A stretch of DNA of 64,000 nucleotides, taken from Felis catus (Eukaryota). The DNA lies in NCBI RefSeq assembly GCF_018350175.1, contig NC_058376.1, positions 142,352,001-142,416,000 of the forward strand, read 5' to 3'. Positions 1-12,937 of the stretch are shown here, piece by piece. The notes under the pieces are model-generated. The model saw nothing but the letters and a program-made list of their open reading frames with translations. It had not been told where the DNA came from and searched no databases. The translations under genes and the position numbers were made by a program. How positions within the stretch are numbered: position 1 is the stretch's first letter; every line of letters starts with the position of its first letter.

Positions 1-539
1 GTTCTCAGGGCAAATAAATTGTAGAGTTTTGAAGAGTCGAGTAGCAGTTTGTTGAAAAGGCAGTCATTGTTTCCAAAGAGATTTATTTATTTAACAAACA
101 CTTACATAGCGTTTACTATTTGCCAGCCATACTACTAAGCACTTTCCAAATATTAACTCACAGATTTCTGTTTCTGTAGCTGCTTTAGGCTAAATTATTA
201 AGCCTCTAAATTTAAAAGCAAAGCATGCCATGCTCACAGAATAAATGCAATGTCCCTGGAACTTTAGAAGTGAGAATTTTGACTCTCAGGATTCACTTAA
301 TTGTTTTGACAAAGCAGGCAAATTTTTAGCCATGTCTGAGCCCACTTGACACTGTGGAAGTCCATTCTTTGTCATGACATCACTGAGATGGATGAAGAGT
401 CAACATTAGTGAGGTGACCATTGAATTAGGAGTGAGATGTGCTCAAGGAATAAGTTTCAAGTGTTTTAGGAATCATTTATTCTGTTAAATAGTGACATTC
501 TCTATAAATATATGCCTTTATTCACATATATAATTCTTT

Positions 540-768
540 TTTTTTTTTTTTCAAATTTTTTTTTTCTACGTTTATTTATTTTTGGGACAGAGAGAGACAG
601 AGCATGAACGGGGGAGGGGCAGAGAGAGAGGGAGACACAGAATCGGAAACAGGCTCCAGGCTCTGAGCCATCAGCCCAGAGCCCGACGCGGGGCTCGAAC
701 TCACAGACCGCGAGATCGTGACCTGGCTGAAGTCGGACGCTTAACCGACTGCGCCACCGAGGCGCCCC
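540..768 (-). mobile_element. CAN-SINE, young felid SINEC_Fc1-type, full length
   Basis: Reverse strand reads GGGGCGCC...GGTGGCGCAGTCGGTTAAGCGTCCGACTTCAGCCAGG...(CT)n...A-tail. Perfect TSD TCACATATATAATTCTTT at 522-539 and 769-786. Confidence 0.97.
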
Positions 769-1219
769 TCACATATATAATTCTTTATAATAAATTATGT
801 TGATCTGATCTTGCACTGTTTCATTTTAATTTTTTTTAAATATTTTGGACCTGAAACATTGGATGAATTAAAATCCTTAATTGATTACTCACTATCAACA
901 TTGAAATAGATGTATGGCACTATTTATTTATGTATTTGTTCAGTAACATAATAGGAATCTACAAGACTGACACTGAACCCAAAAACGAATTCCTTAACAA
1001 ATTACATCTAGCTATGTTTTCCTTTTCCATAAAACTTGAATTACATAAAAGCTTGAATAAACGAACAAACAAACAAATAAGTAAATATAAAAAGCAACCC
1101 GAAGGGGAGACGTGTGTTTCCAAAAGAAGAGTTTGCCTGATTCACGGGCTGTGTCGGGCTACTGGCCCCCGTTGGGTTTTATGATAACAATCAGCATCAC
1201 TGTTATTACCATCATCATA

Positions 1220-1440
1220 GCAACTCATTTTTATGGGCACCAACTAAATCCCAAGGTCTGTGTTAAGATGACTTACTTGCATTTTTTACTTGATTCTTGC
1301 ATCTTATCGGGAAAGGATTACATTCATTCTGGTTTTACAGAGAGAAAAGGTATGACTCAGCAACAGTGTTTTTAACTTTCTCTAAGCTGTGCGACTAGCA
1401 AATGGAGGACCCAGGATTCAGCCTAGGTGGTCTGAACAAG
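1220..1440 (-). mobile_element. MIR SINE fragment
   Basis: Degenerate MIR core (ttttacagag...aagg...gactagcaaatggaggacccaggattca...aggtggtctga). Confidence 0.6.
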
Positions 1441-1574
1441 GCCTGGTTCTCAGAGGACAGCAACATGCAGCAGGCTACAGAGGTCCCTTCAAGGCACTGC
1501 TCACCCACAAATGAGGGTGTTTTGCTAGAGAAACTGTCCAACTGAAGGCCCATCTGTCATTTGGCTTGGGAAAG

Positions 1575-1800
1575 GCAGTGTAGCAGAGAAGGCACTAGAC
1601 TGAGAGTCCCAAGTCCTGGATTCTGGTCCCAAGTCACCAATCAGGCTTAGGAGTTTGGGCAAGTAATTTAACCCTTTGAAACACTGTTCCCTTATCCCCA
1701 AAATAAAGTGGAAGCCATCTGTCCTGCCCACTTTTAGTGGGTAGATATCAGGATCAATTGATGTCATGTGTGTGAAACTACGTTCTAAAATGTCAAGTTC
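1575..1800 (+). mobile_element. MIR SINE fragment
   Basis: ggcagtgtagcagagaaggcactagactgagagtc...ttgggcaagtaatttaaccctttga...tgtttcc-like MIR 5' and core motifs. Confidence 0.65.
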
Positions 1801-3044
1801 TCTACAAATATTAGGGGAGATGGACTTAGGGAATAAATTCTTTATGTTGGGATAATGGAGCTCTTTATTTAGGACAATCAAGATCTTTCGTGACCTTCCC
1901 GGTATATCTTTTTTTCCCATCTATTCTAGCTTTCACTCTCGTACCTTATGATTTTTGCCTTTTATTTCTACCAGCACGTAGTTGAGGGAAGGGAGAGTTC
2001 TGAGAGTTTTCACAAAGGAAGGGAAGAACTCGGGCCTTCACTCAGATCATTGATTTAGATTAGAATGTGGGCTGAGTGGGTAGTCATTCCCCGGTCCGTG
2101 TCTGAAGATGCTATTTTAGCAAAAAGTAAAGACACCTGAAATTCAGAGTGCTTTTTTAGACCCTCAGATGCCTATGGAGGTTTCCAGCTGTCTTCAAATC
2201 ATATCACGCGGTGGTTGGAATTTCAAGTGCTTTTCCGGAACCTCCTACCTTGAAAACTCTGGGCAGCCTCCTCTTGGCACCACATCAGTGTAATTTGTAT
2301 GTGCTGATCTCCTGGCGCCTGGGGAGTGAATGATGAAATATTCATGCTGGTGACCATTCATTTTCCCTCCACTAAAAGCCTCTGCTATCATCCTCTTGAA
2401 AGGGAGTTGGAGAATCTGCCTGCTGCTAACTATGCTTGTGCTTTTGTGAAAAAACCCAAAGAGAGTTTCACAAAATCAGGTTTCCAGTTTGAATCAGATT
2501 CTTGGAGCTAGATGGAGCCTTTCCTGTAACTCTTGTTGTTGTTTCCTCACCCTTCCCCTCCTACTGAAGGCTTGGTTGGTTTTCTGTTTCTGGAGCTTCC
2601 CTATGGCTGGAGATGCGTCCTTGTCTCAAAGGTTAGTAAGTCTGCCACTTCAAGTGCAAGGCAGATAGTTTATACCTCACTTTCTAACATCCTAAGTTAC
2701 AACATCATAACTTTGACATCATTTTGGATGTCTTTGGGGTATAAAAGTTTAGAACTTCTGGATTATCCCAAGAGTGGCTCTCTCATTGAAAACTGCAATA
2801 CCAAAGTCACAAAAATCAACAAGTCAATGTTAAGTAGATTTGTCATTCAAATGGAAAACAACCCTGTTCTGTCTTCAGTGATGTGAATGCCTTTGCAGTC
2901 TGAGGGAAACTGGCTAATCTGTCTTCTGCTATTCGCAAATCCGTTGTTCCTGAAGGCCACTGCTCTTGAAATTTCACCTGCCCCCTCAGAAAAGCATTCA
3001 AGCAAAGCTAGCTAGGACCCAGCTGCTGCGTGTTTGCCATGAGT

Positions 3045-3530
3045 GACAGATGCCAGTTTGGGTTTCTGAAACAAAGACTTAAATGCGGGTAGTTTATTTG
3101 GGAGGTGACTCCAGGTAACAGAGTTGAGGAGAGGTAGAGAGAGGAGGGAGAAAGAAAAGCCAACAACAACAACAACAATAATGAATAAAGGTTGTGTTAC
3201 TGGTATGGTCATCACTGTGGCAATTAGGTTTCATTCCATGGCAGACCTTCTGAGGAACCCACCTCCAAAGGGCAAGATGCTGGGTGAAGCATCCACTGAA
3301 TCTTCTCTCCCGTTGCTTAATAATGGCCCCAAATGCTGTAAACTGTACTACCCTTTGTCTGCTCCTGCCAATGGGATGACACAGTTTCTGAACGTTGGAA
3401 GCCCTGAGACAGAAAGGTAAAGAAAAGCTGTCGAACGTAGTTGGTGTGGGTCTGGGTCATGTGCAGAGAACGAGAAATAAGAAGGGGGCTAAGTGGGTGG
3501 ATGGTGGTCCCCAAAACACCTGCCACCGTC
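3045..3530 (-). mobile_element. ERVL solo LTR (LTR16/LTR33-like)
   Basis: gcgggtagtttatttgggaggtgactccagg motif and terminal ...cacctgccac resemble LTR16/LTR33 family. Confidence 0.55.
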
Positions 3531-3964
3531 TCAAAAGCTCTTCAGATAAGGGATATTCTGATTTCCCAAAGAGGAAAGAACAGTGAGGGTAGAGGAGGAA
3601 GCAATGGGCCCTGAAAGGAGAAGTAGATACTTTCCAGGAAAGTAGAGGAAGGGGAACCAGTAGTGAAGTGGCTGTTGCTGGAGAGGCAAGGCTCAAGCAC
3701 AGGCATGTGAAATGTCACACATACCCACCTGCTCACCACTCCCCACCGTGCATGGCTCCGTGCCTTCCCCTGTGCCTTTGCCATGCTGTTCTCTTAGCTT
3801 AGAAACTCCTCCAGCCAACTATTTCTCTACATAAATCCCATTTGACTTTCAAAGCATAATGCCACTAGGCCCTTGCCTGATGCTTCTTCCAATGGCACAC
3901 CCTGTAACTCGAGTAAATTCCTCCATTCCATGTCCTGGCATAGTGTATAATATTCTATATTTTC

Positions 3965-4203
3965 TTTTTTTTTAAATTTTGTTTTTAATGTTTACTTATT
4001 TTTGACAGAGACAGAGACAGAGACAGAGACAGAGCATGATCAGGGGAGGCGCAGAGAGAGAGGGAGACATAGAATCCGAAGCAGGCTCCAGGCTCCGAGC
4101 TGGCAGCACAGAGCCTGACGTGTGGGGCTCGAACTCACAAATTGCGAGATCATGACCTGAGTTGAAGTTAGACGCCCAACCGACTGAGCCACCCAGGCGC
4201 CCC
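3965..4203 (-). mobile_element. CAN-SINE (SINEC_Fc2-like), full length
   Basis: CAN-SINE consensus on reverse strand. TSD TAATATTCTATATTTTC at 3948-3964 and 4204-4220. Confidence 0.96.
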
Positions 4204-4364
4204 TAATATTCTATATTTTCATTCATTTATTTATTCATCGATTCGGCAACTATTTATTGCCTACCTATTTCATGCCGGGTGCGCCAACTGTCTTGTATTC
4301 AGATGAGCTGTATCTTATCCGAGACCTTTTAAACCAAGAGTTATGTTTTAGTCTTCTATGATAC

Positions 4365-4545
4365 TGGATCTCAAACTGTGGTTCCTAGACCAGCAACATT
4401 AGTGTTCCCTGGAAACTTGTTAAAAATGCCATTTCTGGGTCTCATTACAAACGTACTGACTCAGAAACTCTGGGACTAGAACCCCACACTTTGTGTTTTA
4501 ATGAAACTTCCAGGTGATCTCCAAGGCCCACAGTATTTTGGCCAT
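4365..4545. mobile_element. MER5A-like hAT-Charlie DNA transposon
   Basis: tctcaaactgtggttcctagaccagcaacatt...gaaacttgttaaaaatgc...actgactcagaaactctggg...ccaggtgat matches MER5A layout. Confidence 0.75.
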
Positions 4546-6339
4546 CAGAATATTCCCACTATCTGGTCATAGTAAGACATCAATACAATTTTGTGGAACT
4601 GGATTAGATTTAAATACTTGCCAGGTGAGTCCTGGCCTGAACACTTGGGCTCTTAAGAGTAATAAATTTTTTTACAGTTCAAAGGCTTATGAAAAAGGAC
4701 CCTTCCATATGCCAAAAGGGTGACACATTCACCCATGAGGTATTGGCAGCTGGGGCTCTTCTCGGTTAATATGCTACAGAGCATGTCAACAGTGCAGCGC
4801 TGCTGGTCAAAGCAACATTAACCTTCTCCTCTCCCTTCTCCCCACCCGGAGGTCTCTAGCACCACATGCCTGTCTAACTTGAATGACAAGATGTATATGG
4901 GTCAGTGCTTTTGTTGAACTCTTGGGGCCCTGCCAATCATTAAGAGGGAATATCCAGTTAATGCAGGGAAAAGTGTGCCCTCTGGATGAAGGGAAGCCCT
5001 AGGGTGACTCTTAAATATCTAGCCTAAGTCATTCTCTGGTTGGGGGAGAAGCTCTTTGGACGACTGCATCAAAACTGGTGGCTGATGATGCCATTGCTTG
5101 TCAAAGTGTCTAGTGAATCCCAGGTTTATACATGGGCTCCTTGAAAATAAGGTCTGGCCCTTTGGTCTGTGTCTCCTCTTGCCCCTCTGCCTTCATTATC
5201 CCTTTGTACCAGGAACCGCGAAACCATGTACCCTTTCGCACCCTCACACCACGCATGGGTCATTTTGCAAAGTATTTCACAGATACTTTAAAATAAGAAA
5301 TAACTGGAGAAATTCCAAGTAACCTTTGTAGTTTGAGGGAGCAAAGGTCAGGGAAGAAGGGGAACTTTCTCCTGAGTCACAGGGAGGCACTTTTGCTGTA
5401 GCAGAATCTGCCTTGGGTTCAGCATTTGCGGCTGCTCTGGAGACATGATGATGCATTTTGGAAACTATACATGAGCACAGCGGGAGGAATCCCCTGTGGC
5501 TAATAATGTTGCTCTTGGTCACGATTCTTGGCGTCTGCCCTCAGAATGGAATCATAGCTATCTGTAACCATTTGCAGAGGCCATTTCCATCCTCTGCTTT
5601 CTAAGGGGGTTTTCCATCAAGTGGCAGAAACAATTTACCAATAAACACAGGCATTTAAATCTTGCCTTCTCAAAGAAATGCTGGGGGAGGGCCAAGGGGG
5701 GGGATGAAAAGACAGAATCACTGAGAGGAAAAGCTTGTTTTGCTCTGCCATCCCACATAAACAGACAGACAGAGACACTTAAGCATCCTCCTCAGATATT
5801 AATCTTGGATTCCCTTATGCTGTCAGTTCAACCCCTTTGTGTTTTATGTCTTCAGATTTGTGGTTTTCATGATAAGATAAATGATCTTTTCTAACAAAAG
5901 TACCCAAATGTAGGATTCTTTCAAGTCCCTTTGACAAGACTGGAGTTCTGCTGAGTCAATGGTTTTCAAACTCTAGTGTGAAAAAAAAAGAAAAAAAAAG
6001 CTTAGGAAATGAAAGCTTATTAGAAGTGTGAGCGACCAGGCTCTACTTCAGCCTCCTGAAACTGACTTTTGATAGGAAGCGGTGGTAGCACTCGGGGAGG
6101 TGTGAAGCTTGATGGCCTGGCAGCTTCAACTTTAATCCAGGTGATCCCACTGTAGTCTTTGTATCACACTGTGGGAAACGCTATATTGAATGAATGATCA
6201 TCACTTTCATAGTGGTCTTCTGTACCCAAGAGGAAGACTCTGCTGAGCATATTCACACGTTGCGCTGGGAGAGAAGTATATTATGAGTTTGTCCAATTGA
6301 GGCTAAATATTTAGTAACTATTTGGTGAGGGAGACAGAG

Positions 6340-6520
6340 TAGTGTACTTCTTAGACAATGGCCTAGTTGCCAGTCTTGCTCTGACACTCACTGGTTGTGT
6401 GTCCTTGGACAAATTGCTTGATCTTTTTTGAGATTCAATTTCTGCGTCTGTAAAATGGTGATGAAATAATACGTGTAAAATGATTGGCATATTCCCTACT
6501 TGGAAGCTATGATTAGTGTG
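6340..6520 (+). mobile_element. MIR SINE fragment
   Basis: ctctgacactcactggttgtgtgtccttggacaaattgcttgatc...tttctgcgtctgtaaaatgg is the MIR core. Confidence 0.7.
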
Positions 6521-7029
6521 CACTAGAAAAGAGTGATAGAGTGTTCAGAGTCATTTGGTGTGTGGCGGGTAAAAAATTACTTCTCGTAGTTCATCATCCA
6601 TAGAAGTCTCAGGGTTAATGGAAGACAACTGAAAGATGGAAGAAAACCGCAAAGCTTCAAGTGGAGACTGAGCTGAGTTCCTATGGGGGAATTCTAACAC
6701 AGATGAAGTAGGACTTCATTCATTCCTTTATATGACCCATTAAAACCTGGCAGGGGAAGGCTGGGGGCTTGTTTCACATTATTCTTTGAATTTTAAACCC
6801 AACCATATGTTGAGAGGACAAAATGGAGCATCCATTCCAGCTCAGACACCATGGTTAATCATTTAAATGATTTCCTTGCTACCGTGTTAAAGTCCCTTGT
6901 CATCTGTCTTTGTGTAGTGTCAGTCTGGCAAAACCCCATCCCAAGAAGAACCTTCCAATGCACTGTCTTTAAGCTTGGCAATCAAGTGCTGCTGGGGGGA
7001 AGCCTGGGCAGATTAGTGTCACCGACCAT

Positions 7030-8145
7030 TCGTGATCATCAGTATCAGATGTGCTTTCAACACTGGCTAACATTTTTCTAGCCAGCTCAGTCCACATGTT
7101 TCAACACTTCCAACCTATCCTTAAATCTCCACCTCTGCTGTCTCTACCCACCATGCTCAATGACTGGGTTAATTTCCTACAGCCATAGAGATCTGAAGCC
7201 ATTCTATGGCCATCCTTATCTTCTGGCCATCACATCTGCAAAACAAACTGCTTACAGTTATACTCATTTTGTCCTAATTCTCACCTACTACATTAGAGGG
7301 AGGGCCTTAATCCTATGTGAGTCCAATCTCTCCGCCGGTGCCGTGCAGTGCTTCCTCTTCCCCTTCTCAGGAACCACATACCGTCCATGATTCCTTTTCT
7401 CGTTTGTGCATTCAGTCATTCTTCTTCCTACTAGATGCCACCATAAATATCACCTCTCTTCTCTAACTCTGTGTTTCCTCCCTTCAAAGCCACATTTCTC
7501 CAAAGTCATCTCTATTTTCTTCTCACTCATTTCTCAACATCCAACCTGACTTTCAGCCCACAGCTTTGCAGAACATGTTTTGGACCTGGTGGCTGCTTTT
7601 GGCTTTGTAGGCTGCCTTTTTAAAACCATTTTGTCCCGCATTTTTCTAGATACTGGCTCACCTGATTTTCTGTCTAGCTGTCTGGTCACTCCTTCCTTTA
7701 GCTCATCTTCCTCATGTGGGCCTCTGAATATTGGGTTTCCTCAAAGGACCAAAATCTTTAACATGACCTACAAAAACTTGCATGCTTTCTGTCAATTCTG
7801 TATGGTCATCACTTCTTTCCATCTTATAGTCTCCTGCCTGGATGATCCTACTCATCGTATGGATCTCTGCACAAGTTACTTTTTTCAGGAAAGTGCTTCC
7901 TAATTCTCTGAGACCAATTATACTCCTTTATTATACACTCTAATAGAATCGTACTCCATTTATCTCATTTCATCTGTCTTAGCTTATTTATCCATTCATG
8001 AGATTGTTTGATTAATATCAGTCTTTCCTACTAAACAGTAATCTCTATGAGAATAGAGACCGCGTCTACTTTTTGTTCACCATTATTTCACCGGTGCCAA
8101 GCACATGATGGGTCCACAATAATCATTTATTGAATGAATGTATGA
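7030..8145 (+). mobile_element. L2 LINE, degenerate 3' portion
   Basis: Pyrimidine-rich L2 body ending ...ctatgagaatagagaccgcgtc...tttgttcacc...gtgccaagcacat...tttattgaatgaatg (L2 3' terminus). Confidence 0.7.
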
Positions 8146-8351
8146 ACATTTGCCTCTAAGCCCTACTTGTGCATTAGGGCAGTGACCCTACCTAATGTTC
8201 ATTCTAGTCTCCTTATTGCTGATAATTCCATGGTTATTCTGTGGCTATGAATATAGTGGGCAGACATAATCTCCTGACTCACAGCCGTACCTTTGGTGCA
8301 TGGGAATTTAGAGGCATTTATTAAGAAAAGTGCTTGGCAAAGTGAGTAGCA

Positions 8352-8513
8352 NNNNNNNNNNNNNNNNNNNNNNNNNNNNNNNNNNNNNNNNNNNNNNNNN
8401 NNNNNNNNNNNNNNNNNNNNNNNNNNNNNNNNNNNNNNNNNNNNNNNNNNNNNNNNNNNNNNNNNNNNNNNNNNNNNNNNNNNNNNNNNNNNNNNNNNNN
8501 NNNNNNNNNNNNN
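8352..8513. other. Assembly gap (N run)
   Basis: 162 N. Confidence 1.
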
Positions 8514-9753
8514 ATCCGGTGTCCAGTCCCTGGCACTTTGGAGGAGTTTTCAGAGAGAAGTATGCCTTAATAAAACTGGTAGAGACCCAAATTAAATGTA
8601 AAATTTTATATTCTACAGGAGATAAAATTACCTGTGTTTTAAATCTCCTCTTTGCTTTTGTTTTGAGGGAAACCAGTATTCTAACTAGAGTAGATCTGAA
8701 TGGTTTGTTTTGAACCATGGCAGGGGAAGTGGAAGTTAGTTCCCATTTACTGAGCACCTACTGTTTTTAGGACACTGTGCTAGCTATGTTCTTGTGATGA
8801 AAAATGGCCCTTGGTTTTGCTTTAGAGAACAATTTTGGCAGGCCCAACGTTTCCTTTGCCTTCTCAGTGGGGTAAGTGGGCTCAAGGGAAATACCTGCCT
8901 GGGGAAAGTGTGACGTGACACTTGACAAATGCAGCAGTTTTGCCTGGCAGTGGATGGATTACAGTTGCCAACCAGTCCTCTGCTTCAACACCAGTTTCAT
9001 GCCCAAGTCTCAAGAGTTTCCAGGTTGAATGGGAAGGTTTTTACTGCCAGCTCCGCTTTGATTTTTGACATCTGAGTTTGGTGAACTGGAGAGTGGTTTC
9101 CCGTGGAAAAGGAGGGATGCAGGGGGAGCACCATTAGAGGACCAGTTGGGTTCCTGCCTCTCCAGACACAAGTCAGTGCCCAGTGACTTCTGCTAATGGC
9201 TGCTTTGATATCTCTCTGCCAGCCACCTTCTGTCACTTGCTACATGATAGGTGTGGTCTCGGGAACAGTGTTAAGAAAGAAGCTTCCGAAAGAGCTTCAC
9301 AAAAGCATGGGTACCTATTAAGCATTTCAATTTTCAGGGGAGCTTTGGAGGAAACCACCAATGTGGCATGAAAAATCATAGGTGTCTCCTATTGGTTGGG
9401 AGGTACCAAGTGGATTGAAGAAAATACACAAAGTGCAATGTAACCCTTGGGCCTTTTTTTTTCTTTTAGTCTGATCCTTTCAGTTTCTTTATGTTGAACC
9501 ATGAATAATTCCCAGGGCATTTTGCACTGATGGTCATAGTTTATGCTTTCAGCCAATGTTTTTAGTATGAATTATGCTTTCTCTCACAGACTCAGAAAAC
9601 CTCTTAAAGGCGCTAAAAGACTCTAAATTTCATTTAATTCATTTCTCTGCCTTTTGAAAGGAAATACTGACATCTTGAAAGAGTAGGGAGTCTGATGTTT
9701 AAAATCTATATGCTGAGCACTGTGCTAAGTACTGTACATATGTTATCTGATTT

Positions 9754-10325
9754 ACAGGTGTTTGTTTATAACGTGATTGTGCAAATTAAAAAACGCATTT
9801 TGTAAAATTATGCTTTAGAAATAATAGCATAATGGGAAAATAGACTTTGGGAAGACCACTCAGAACCCATTCAACTTTGTAATGCAAACACTAATAATCT
9901 CATAAAAATAAAATACAAGCTTAGTTAAAATATGTAGCCTTCATTTTTTTTTTAAAGGTAGAGGTAAGTTGATGGAAAGGGGTATAGAGAAGAGCTGCAG
10001 CTGTTGAGTTAAGGTCCAAGATTAGAGAAAATTGTCCAATAAACACCTTTGGAGCATAGAACTTGGATAAACTAAGCCAGGAGGCAGAATATGGGGGTAA
10101 ATGAGCATGATGTACACTACGGTATTCCTGTGAGGCTTGCTGTTAGTTGTGTGGGTGGATTTGGCATATAGCTATGGTTACAGGGTGCAAAACAGCACGT
10201 GATCAGAAAAAAATTCCGTAAAACAACCTGACTTCTGAATTATCCTGGCATAATTCCTCTATTTAATAATCATATATCAGATCATTCCCATTATAAAAAT
10301 AAGCATTGAGGCAGAATAGACTATA
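9754..10325. mobile_element. TcMar-Tigger-like DNA transposon remnant inserted in a MIR
   Basis: Starts tacaggtg...tataacgtg and ends ...gcagaatagactata (degenerate TIR-like ends with TA). MIR-like sequence lies on both sides. Confidence 0.45.
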
Positions 10326-10356
10326 ATTTTCAGAATAAGTATTTATGGTAGGTGGT

Positions 10357-10391
<35 letters not shown>

Positions 10392-10402
10392 CACACACAC
10401 AC
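10357..10402. repeat. (CA)n microsatellite
   Basis: Direct observation. Confidence 0.97.
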
Positions 10403-10544
10403 TCTTTATATATGAGACTGACATTCAAAGGGCTTATATAACTTCCTCAAGGCCATCCAGTTAGTAAAGATGGACCTAGATTTAGACCTGGGTTTATGCG
10501 TTTCTTCCTCTCAGAGATTTGGGGCATTTAAATGTTGAAATTCT

Positions 10545-10735
10545 GGGGTGCCTGGGTGATTCAGTCAGCGAAGCATCCGACTTTGGCTCAAGTCATGATC
10601 TCGCAGTTCATGGGTCCAAGCCCCATATCGGGCTCTGTGCTGACAGCTCAGAACCTGGACCTACTTCGGATTCTGTGTCTCCCTCTCTCTCTGCCCCTCC
10701 CCTGCTCACGCTCTGTCTCTCTCTGTCTCTCTCAC
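10545..10735 (+). mobile_element. CAN-SINE lacking an adjacent A-tail
   Basis: GGGGTGCCTGGGTGATTCAGTC... through (CT)n, then unique sequence instead of AAAATAAA tail (see findings). Confidence 0.93.
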
Positions 10736-11169
10736 ATACAGTGACTGCCTAATATATACCAGCTCTGCAATGCACACACATTCACATGCACAAATTTCTT
10801 CAGTTCCTTTGAGGCGAATAATTATTCTCTGTACACAAAGAGCTCATGTAACTACCCAACCACATTCATAGCAAACAGCTGATTTGAAGTATGACAGGTT
10901 CTTGAGCTCATTCTTTGGCCATCATATCATTTGGGTCTCCCTGGCAGTATAATAAAAGAGAGAGGAGGGGGTACTTATTCGGTTATAATTAAAAAATTAA
11001 CAATTAAAATTAAAAATTAAATTTAAAAAATTTTTAAAAATTATGAAAAAAACCCTTACTTTAATGTCAAAGTTCGACGTGGATAGCTGATTCTACACAC
11101 TCCTCCTTCAAAGTGACCAGTGACCACAGAGATAGCGGAATATGGATAACATCCTGTTTCTCCCCCCTG

Positions 11170-11552
11170 CCCCGCCCCACTTTTTGTGAAGAATTGACAC
11201 ATCACTGTATAAGCTTAAAGCATGATGGTTCCATGTACATGCATTGTGAAATGATTACAGTATGTTCAGTTAACATCCATCTCCTCTTACAGATACAGTA
11301 AAAACAAAAGAGAGGAAAAGGGAAAAAAGGGAAAAAAAATTCTCCGTGTGATGAGAGCTCTTAGGATTTTCCCGCTTAACAACTTCCCTGTATGTCATTA
11401 TAGAGGTGTTAGCTATGTCGTCATGTGTCCATTTCATCCCTACTACTTCTTTATCTTATAACTGGAAGTTTGTGCCTTTTGACCACCTTCCTCCGATTAC
11501 CCCTTCCTCACCTCCACTTCCGGTAACCCCAAGTCTGATCTTTTTTTTCTAT
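11170..11552 (-). mobile_element. L1 3' end fragment (L1MA9/older carnivore L1-like)
   Basis: gtgatgagagctcttaggatttt...cttaacaactt...ttataactggaagtttgtgccttttgaccacctt...ggtaacccc. Possible TSD aacatcctg/aacaccctg. Confidence 0.8.
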
Positions 11553-12707
11553 GCATTTAGAACACCCTGCCTCTTGAACCAAATGATACGTTCAGGACTC
11601 ATTACTTGCTAACTGTGCAGTCTTAGGGAGCTAAGAAACAACACTGACATGATAAGCCTGAAAGCTCGTTGTAAATTGTGCAGCCTGGTTCAGATCTAAA
11701 ACGCTTACTATCATGATTACTCACTAGACTGCCACCATTTTTTCTTGGTTATATTAGTTAAGACGGTACTGATTGGCCTTTTATAGGATAAGTACTGAAA
11801 TGTAAATTCTTTTAGCTTAAGGGGATTTTTAAGTGTTGTCACAGAAAATCAGCACTGGAAGGGACCAGAGGAATTATAGAGTTCAGAGGTTTAGTTTTGT
11901 AGATGCTAAAACTAAAGCCCAGCAACACGAAGTGTCTTTGCAAAGACCACCCAGCTTTAAGGACTGCTGGAACCAGAGTTCATTCCCTGATATAAATTAT
12001 CTTTGATTTCTGTTTGAGAGGGTATTCCATGCTTAGACTTGTCAAAGTTATTCTCCAGCAAACAAACTAACAAAAATCAAAGAGAACACAATAGACATGT
12101 CTCTATTCTTGGGCCTCACCTTTTGGAATTGGAAATTTAGGCATAAAATAGGTCTAGACGCAGACTAATTTTCTTTGTTTTAACTTGACATTGTGTTTAG
12201 AGATTTGAGACTTGTTACGGTATCTCGTGAAGCTGAAATCAGACAAATTGAATAATTTGCTTTCTACAAAATGATTGGTTTCTAGTTTCCAGTAGAAATA
12301 GGTTCATTCTTTTATTTGAGAGCTTTTGGAAGCCAAGTATTTGAAACTCTATATTATGTGATATTATACCTTTGTATAAAAATAAGATAAGGAAAATTAC
12401 CTAAATGCCAACCAGGAGGAAAGATAGGATGTTAGTTTAACAGTAGCTTATTTCAGTAACCATGTGTCTATACTTCTAGTTGGAGCTGAGATAAAGATGA
12501 AGAAACCTCGTTCTGAGCCCTAATTACTTACTTTTGTCTCAGCTCATCTTTCTTATCATTTATGAGAATCAAGGTGACACCAATGTTTCCTATAATACTG
12601 AATTGTGTCAAAGAAGGGCCTCTTTCCCCAGAAAGCTTTAATTAGGAAAACTCTTTGGGGAAGCAAAAAGTAGTTCTGCGTAAACTAGTTTAAAGTACTC
12701 AAACTGA

Positions 12708-12937
12708 GGGGCGCCTGGGTGACTCAGTAGGTCAAGTGTCAAACTCTTCATTTCTGCTCAAGTCATGATCTCATGGTTCGTGAGATCAAGCCCTGTGTAG
12801 GGCTCTGCTCTGGCAGCAGGGAGTCTGCTTGGGATTCTCTCTACATCTCTCTCTGCCCCTCTCCCGCTTGCTCATGTGCACGAGCAAGCTCGCTCTCTCA
12901 CAAAATAAATAAATAAACTTTTAATACAATAAAATAA
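12708..12937 (+). mobile_element. CAN-SINE, older subfamily
   Basis: GGGGCGCCTGGGTGACTCAG...AAATAAATAAA tail. Degenerate TSD aaagtactcaaactga/aaaatactccagctga. Confidence 0.93.

Noticed and set aside
540-768. tRNA-like A/B box sequences in SINE heads
   Set aside because: CAN-SINEs are tRNA-derived. No complete tRNA gene is present.
582-803. Recurring ORFs such as MGQRETEHERGRGRERGRHRIGNRLQALS (also at 17216 and 40313) and MAQSVK... ORFs
   Set aside because: These are translations of CAN-SINE sequence, not a gene family.
8308-8757. Long ORFs spanning N runs (also 49295-49653 and 60489-61371)
   Set aside because: Artefacts of translating N gaps.
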